NCBI GenBank assembly: GCA_965247925.1
Contig: CBDFIB010000004.1
Span: 1,862,844-1,926,843, forward strand
DNA length: 64,000 bases
Reading direction: 5' to 3'
DNA from: Dehalococcoidia bacterium
Lineage (GTDB): Bacteria > Chloroflexota > Dehalococcoidia > UBA2979
The notes below the pieces were generated by a model. The model did not search any database and was not told the origin of the DNA. It saw nothing but the letters and a program-made list of their open reading frames with translations. This document shows positions 59,211 to 64,000 of this stretch, one piece after another. The translations under genes were made by a program, and so were the position numbers. How positions within the stretch are numbered: the first letter of the stretch is position 1; each line of letters opens with the position of its first letter.

Positions 59211-61667
59211 ATGCGCATGCGTCACACGATTGTCGCCGCCCTGCTCACGCTGGCCGTCGTGGCTGCGCAGGCGCTGCCGTCGCCGGCGGCCGCGCAGCGT
59301 CCCCCGCCGCAGCCCTGCTTCGATTGCTGGTGGGCCGGACCGTCCGACGCCCGCCTCACGCGCGCCGATGCCAGCGTCGACGTGGAAGACGGGCGCTACC
59401 GCACCAGTTGGGCGCTGACCTTCGCGCACCCCGCCGACCTCGATGGCGGCGGAGACGTCGACACGCGCTTCCCGCTCGCCGAGGGCCGCGTGATCGTCCC
59501 GCTGCCGACGGACAGCGTTGTCACCGATCTCACGCTCGGCGACGGCACGCAGACACTCGAGGGGCGGCTGCTCGACGCGGATGACGCCTCGAGAATCTAC
59601 GAGGAGATCGTGCGCCGCCTGATCGACCCCGCGCTGCTGCGTTCGCTCGGCGACGACCTCTACGAGATCAAGGCCTTCCCCGTACCGCGCGGCGAGACGC
59701 GCACGGTGACCTACATCGTGACCACGCCGCTGACGGCGGAGGGCGGGCAGGTGGTGATCGAGGCGCCATGGTCGCAGATGTCGCCGCGTCCAGCCGCCGC
59801 TTCCTTGAGCGCGGAGATCGACGTGCCGTGGGAGGCGCGATCGGCGATCGCGCCGGGGCACGTTCCGGAGATCCTGCGCGAGGGGTCGGGCCAGCTCAGC
59901 GTCTCATGGGAGTCGCCTGACGGCTGGACCGCCGAGCGTGACTTCCGGCTGCACCTTGCCGGCGGCGAGGGCCTCGTCGACGCGCGGCTGCTGGCGCACC
60001 GCAGTGCAACCGACGGCGACGAGGACGGCTACTTCGCGCTGCTGCTTGCCCCGGCGCTGGAGACCAGCGAGCGCGTCGCTCGCGACATCGTGATCGTGCT
60101 CGACCGCAGCGGCTCGATGCAGGGCGAGAAGATCGTGCAGGCCCGCGCCGCCGCCACCCGCATCCTCGACAGACTGGGCGCCGGCGATCGCTTCGGAATC
60201 GTGAGCTTCGCGAGCGACGTATCGTCCTTCGAAGGCATGCTGCAGCCGGCGTCCGCCGCCGAGGAGGGCCGAGCCTGGATCAGACGCATTGATGCGGCAG
60301 GCCTCACGAACATCTCGGGTGCGCTGGCTGAAGCGATGGATCTGCTTCCCGGCGACCGGCCCTCCACGATCGTGTTCCTGACGGACGGCCTGCCCACCGC
60401 CGGCGTGGAGCACACAGACGGCATCGTTTCCGTCGCCACAGGGGCCGCGCCGGACCACGTGCAGCTCTTCGCCTTCGGCGTCGGCTACGACGTCGACGCG
60501 GTGCTGCTCGACGCGTTGACAACGCGCTTCACCGGCTCCAGCCACTACGTCACGCCCGATGAGCGGATCGACACCGAAGTCGGACTGCTCAGCGAGCGCA
60601 TCTCCTCGCCGGTGCTGCTGGGCACGGCGCTCTCGTTCGAACTTCCCGGGGACGCCTCGGAGCCCACGGTCAGCGCTCTTGCGCCCGTGAGCCTGGGCGG
60701 CATCTTCGCCGGCGAGCAGACGCTGATCACCGGGCGCTACCAGGGCTCGGGCGCCGTCACGGCGGTGCTCACTGGCACGGCGGCGGACGGCGAACAGAGC
60801 TTCAGCTACGAGTTGTCGCTTCCGGAGAGCAACGACGACAGCGGTGTCGCGCTGCTCTGGGCGCAGCGGCGGATTGCAGACCTGCTGACTGAGCTGCGCG
60901 TCGAAGGGCAACGCGAGGGCCTGATCGAGGAGATCATCGCGATCGCCAACCGCTTCGGCATCGTCACGCCGTACACCTCCTATCTCGCCGAGGAGCCCGA
61001 CTTCGTCTTCAACGAGCCTGCCGCGATGGACGCCATGGCCGACGACGCGGCGGCGCCGTCCAGCGGGCGCGCCGCCGTCGACGCTGCCGAGGCGGTGGCG
61101 GAACTGGAGAAGGGCGAGACCGAGCACACCACGCCCGACGCGGCGCGACTGGTCGGCACGCGCACCTACTACCTGACCTCCTACCTGGACGAAGACACGT
61201 GGATCGAGGAGGGTTTCGACCGCTCCGGACCGGAGCCGGAGGAGTTGCTGCTGGACATCGCGCGGCTCACGCAGCTGCAGAGCGACGATCCGCACCTCGT
61301 CGCCGCCTCGGCGATCGGGTCGCGCGTGATCGCCCTCGGCGCGGACGGCTGGGTGCTGCTCCGCTGGCCGGACGCCACCGTGCCGACGGACAGCGGGACG
61401 ACGGACAGTGGGACTACCGACAGCGGAACGACCGACAGCGGGACTACCGACGACGAGCTGGCCGAACCCGCGAGCGACTACGTCGTGCAAGCGGGTGACT
61501 ACCTGAGCAGGATCGCCGCCCACTGCTACGGCGACGGCTCCCGCTGGCGGGAGATCTGGGAGGCGAACCGCGATCGCGTCATGGAAGACGGCCGTACGTT
61601 CAGCAATCCGAATCTGGTCTATGTCGGCTGGACGCTGCGCATTCCCGGCGGCTGCACGCCCGGATAG
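59211..61667 (+). CDS. secreted VIT domain + von Willebrand factor A domain protein with C-terminal LysM
   Basis: A signal peptide (MRMRHTIVAALLTLAVVAAQA) is followed by a VIT-like N-terminal region. The vWA MIDAS motif is DRSGSMQG. A C-terminal LysM (DYVVQAGDYLSRIAAHCYGDGSRWREIWEANRD...GWTLRIP) closes the protein. The ORF track starts earlier, at 59139. Confidence 0.7.
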   Translation: MRMRHTIVAALLTLAVVAAQALPSPAAAQRPPPQPCFDCWWAGPSDARLTRADASVDVEDGRYRTSWALTFAHPADLDGGGDVDTRFPLAEGRVIVPLPTDSVVTDLTLGDGTQTLEGRLLDADDASRIYEEIVRRLIDPALLRSLGDDLYEIKAFPVPRGETRTVTYIVTTPLTAEGGQVVIEAPWSQMSPRPAAASLSAEIDVPWEARSAIAPGHVPEILREGSGQLSVSWESPDGWTAERDFRLHLAGGEGLVDARLLAHRSATDGDEDGYFALLLAPALETSERVARDIVIVLDRSGSMQGEKIVQARAAATRILDRLGAGDRFGIVSFASDVSSFEGMLQPASAAEEGRAWIRRIDAAGLTNISGALAEAMDLLPGDRPSTIVFLTDGLPTAGVEHTDGIVSVATGAAPDHVQLFAFGVGYDVDAVLLDALTTRFTGSSHYVTPDERIDTEVGLLSERISSPVLLGTALSFELPGDASEPTVSALAPVSLGGIFAGEQTLITGRYQGSGAVTAVLTGTAADGEQSFSYELSLPESNDDSGVALLWAQRRIADLLTELRVEGQREGLIEEIIAIANRFGIVTPYTSYLAEEPDFVFNEPAAMDAMADDAAAPSSGRAAVDAAEAVAELEKGETEHTTPDAARLVGTRTYYLTSYLDEDTWIEEGFDRSGPEPEELLLDIARLTQLQSDDPHLVAASAIGSRVIALGADGWVLLRWPDATVPTDSGTTDSGTTDSGTTDSGTTDDELAEPASDYVVQAGDYLSRIAAHCYGDGSRWREIWEANRDRVMEDGRTFSNPNLVYVGWTLRIPGGCTPG
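61385..61450 (+). repeat. four tandem 15-bp repeats (GACAGCGGNACNACC) encoding (DSGTT)x4 linker
   Basis: It is a direct-repeat tract inside the VIT-vWA gene, just upstream of the LysM domain. Copies differ only at wobble positions. Confidence 0.7.
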
Positions 61668-61754
61668 CGCCACCGGCAGATCGGCGGCGGCCCCCGCGGC
61701 AGCACGAGCGCTTGTGGGGCCCGGAGCGCGCTGGTACGGTCCGCACCGTTAGTC

Positions 61755-62696
61755 ATGGTGCGCCGGACTGAAGACGGGCGGGACGACGTGGTCGTTCTGG
61801 TGCTTGTCGCCACGATCGTGATCGCGGGCCTGCTGCTGCTCGCCTGCCTCCTCGCGGCCTACTACCTCGCCGAGACCCTGACGCGGACCAAGCGCTGGCG
61901 CGTCGAGGGCAACCCGGCCGACATGCTGCTGCGCCACGACGAGGTGGCGTTCGTGGCGGCCGACGGCGTCGGCACCCGCGGCTGGTACCTGGAATCGCCG
62001 GGCGCGCGGGCCACGATCGTGCTCGTCCACGATGCAGCCGGCACGCGCTCGGACCCGACCCAGGGCCTCCTCGATCTCCAGCGCGACTACCTCCGCCGCG
62101 GCCTGAACGTGCTCAGTTTCGATCTCCGCGGGCGCGGTGAATCCGAGGGCCACCACGACCACCTGGGCGCCGCCGAACTGGCCGATGTGGAAGCGGCGAT
62201 CGCCTACGCCCGGCGCCGCGGGCCGCTCTACCCGCTGGTGCTGCACGGATTCGGGATGGGAGCGGCGCTTGCGCTCATGATCGCCGCGCGCGATCCGGGC
62301 GTGGCCGGCGTGATCGCGGACTCGCCGTTCGCCTCGATGCGCAGCCACCTGCGGCGAGAGTACGAGCACTGGCCGGTGCTGGTGTTCCTGCTCGCGGTCT
62401 GGCTGGCGCGCCGGCTGTTCCACGCCGACATCGACGCCGTGACGCCGATCCTGGTGATCCCGCAACTCACCCAGCCGGTCTTCTACATCCACGCGGAGGA
62501 GGATCCCGAGGTGCCCGTGGAGCACACGCTGAATCTCGGGGCGGCGTCCCTCAACGCGGACGACCGGATCTGGCTCGCTCCGGTGAGCAAACACTGCGGA
62601 GCGTATCGCGCCAACCCCACCGACTATGTGTCGCGCTGCCTCGGGTTCATCGAGGTGATCACGCCGGCCCGGCAGCCGCTCTCGCGCGCTCGCTGA
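61755..62696 (+). CDS. membrane-anchored alpha/beta hydrolase
   Basis: It has an N-terminal TM helix and the nucleophile elbow LHGFGMGAAL. Confidence 0.6.
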   Translation: MVRRTEDGRDDVVVLVLVATIVIAGLLLLACLLAAYYLAETLTRTKRWRVEGNPADMLLRHDEVAFVAADGVGTRGWYLESPGARATIVLVHDAAGTRSDPTQGLLDLQRDYLRRGLNVLSFDLRGRGESEGHHDHLGAAELADVEAAIAYARRRGPLYPLVLHGFGMGAALALMIAARDPGVAGVIADSPFASMRSHLRREYEHWPVLVFLLAVWLARRLFHADIDAVTPILVIPQLTQPVFYIHAEEDPEVPVEHTLNLGAASLNADDRIWLAPVSKHCGAYRANPTDYVSRCLGFIEVITPARQPLSRAR

Positions 62697-63739
62697 TGCC
62701 CGCGCAACGCGCAGCTCGCCGTGCCTCCGGGCCGCACGACGCGATCACCGATGTCGCCGGCATCCGCGTCGGGCAATGGACGCACCGCCGCTGGGCGACC
62801 GGCTGCACCGTCGTGATCTGCGCCGCCGGCGCCGTTGGTGGCGTCGACGTGCGCGGCGCCGCTCCCGGCACGCGCGAGACCGATCTGCTGCGGCCCGGCA
62901 ACCTCGTCGAGGAAGTCCACGCCGTCGTGCTCTCGGGCGGCTCCGCCTTCGGCCTCGACTCGGCGGGCGGCGTCGTCCGCTACCTCGAGGAGCGCGGCAT
63001 CGGCCTCCACTTCGCGGAGCGGACGATCCCGATCGTCCCGGCGGCGATCCTGTTCGACCTCGGGCTCGGCAACGGCGCGCGCCGTCCCGGCGCCGAGGAG
63101 GGCGAGCGCGCGGCGAGGCGCGCGACGGGCGGGCGCGTCGCGCAGGGCTCGGTGGGCGCCGGGACGGGCGCGACCGTCGCCTCGCTGCTGGGCGGCGCGC
63201 GCGCGCTCAAGGGCGGGCTCGGCAGCGCCAGCGAGCGACTCGATAGCGGCGCGACCGTCGGTGCGATCGTCGCCGTCAACTCCTCCGGCGCGATTCGCGA
63301 CCCGAGCGACGGATCGCTCGTCGCCGGCCCGCGCGCCGACGGCAGCGGCTTCGTCGACCTCGATGCACACTTCCGCAGCGGCGCCCGCTGGCCGGAGCCG
63401 CCGGACCCGGACGCGGTAAACGGCGAGGACGGCCCGGAGAACACGACCATCGCCGTGGTCGCCACGGATGCACGGCTCACGCGCGAGCAGGCGAACCGCC
63501 TGGCGACCGTCTGCCACGATGGCTTCGCACGCACGATCTGGCCCGCGCACTGCCGCAGCGATGGCGATGTGATCTTCACGATCGCCACGGGCGCGGTCGA
63601 AATCGACCGCTATGCCTACGCGGCCCTCGAGGCGCTCGCGACGCGCGCGGTGGAGCGCGCGGTGCTCAACGGCGTCCACGCAGCCGACGGCCTTCACGGC
63701 GTTCCGTCGGCCGCCGAGTGGGCGCGGGAGGGGCGCTGA
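62696..63739 (+). CDS. P1/S58 family peptidase (DmpA/L-aminopeptidase D-Ala-esterase-amidase type)
   Basis: It has ITDVAGIRVGQWT...GCTVVI (the N-terminal region), the autoproteolytic GSVGAGTGAT and the conserved IAVVATDARLT. Confidence 0.65.
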   Translation: MPAQRAARRASGPHDAITDVAGIRVGQWTHRRWATGCTVVICAAGAVGGVDVRGAAPGTRETDLLRPGNLVEEVHAVVLSGGSAFGLDSAGGVVRYLEERGIGLHFAERTIPIVPAAILFDLGLGNGARRPGAEEGERAARRATGGRVAQGSVGAGTGATVASLLGGARALKGGLGSASERLDSGATVGAIVAVNSSGAIRDPSDGSLVAGPRADGSGFVDLDAHFRSGARWPEPPDPDAVNGEDGPENTTIAVVATDARLTREQANRLATVCHDGFARTIWPAHCRSDGDVIFTIATGAVEIDRYAYAALEALATRAVERAVLNGVHAADGLHGVPSAAEWAREGR

Positions 63740-64000
63740 GGGGAGCCTCCGGACGCCTGTGGCAACGCCTTCGATCGGAGCGCCGGGCGGCCTCCGCGGG
63801 GGCCGATCGAGCCGGAACGATGATCGGGGTGCAGTGCATCAAAGGAGACTGTTACCGTACCTCCGATCACGTGCATCACAACTCGGTTACCCAAGCAGGC
63901 GCTCCAATCACGCGGCGGCCGGGTCGGCCCGTGCTCGAAGCGGCGCCGCCGCTGAGATGCTTTGCACGGCGGCACCGGGCAAGCACAGGCAGCGACGGTG

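Noticed and set aside
59904-61673. 589-aa minus-strand ORF
   Set aside because: It is antisense to the VIT-vWA gene.

Overview
The window is a chromosomal segment with about 69-70% GC from an F420-using bacterium. The phylum cannot be fixed from sequence alone; Chloroflexota/Thermomicrobia-like or Actinomycetota are both consistent. The track contains many long antisense and out-of-frame ORFs typical of high-GC DNA, which I rejected.

Most of the window is densely packed housekeeping genes on both strands:
- Left third: the C-terminal part of an alpha-2-macroglobulin family protein, an LLM/F420 oxidoreductase, an orphan higA-like gene, a frameshifted SCP-x-type thiolase with its DUF35 partner, a Uma2 endonuclease, a QueD/PTPS-like gene, korAB (2-oxoacid:ferredoxin oxidoreductase), an acyl-CoA dehydrogenase, bcp, ctpA, and smpB followed by tmRNA (ssrA).
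- Middle third: an epimerase, a large tandem family-III CoA-transferase, a lipoprotein polysaccharide deacetylase, an SplB-like radical SAM gene, RNase P RNA (rnpB, minus strand), modABC, and a yceD-rpmF-fabD-fabG-nusB-acpP cluster, then tatA/B-tatC, udg, rnj and ftsK.
- Right third: uvrB, several SDR genes, two MFS transporters, hydrolases, polA, mutM, a secreted VIT-vWA-LysM protein and a DmpA/S58 peptidase.

Three mobile-element events interrupt this core:
- An IS1182-family transposase remnant sits just downstream of tmRNA. It is 3'-truncated and abuts a C-terminally truncated histidine phosphatase, which looks like a deletion scar.
- An IS110-family element (1.52 kb, 14-bp imperfect terminal inverted repeats) splits a roughly 900-aa M16 zinc peptidase into N- and C-terminal fragments.
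- A bacterial group II intron (RT/maturase ORF, domain V present) is inserted in antisense orientation inside an AAA_21-type ATPase gene. That ATPase forms a two-gene defence-like module with a downstream TOPRIM-like (DUF4276/RloB-like) partner, and the module sits between ftsK and uvrB.

I found no CRISPR array and no rRNA or tRNA genes. The only RNA genes are tmRNA and RNase P RNA.
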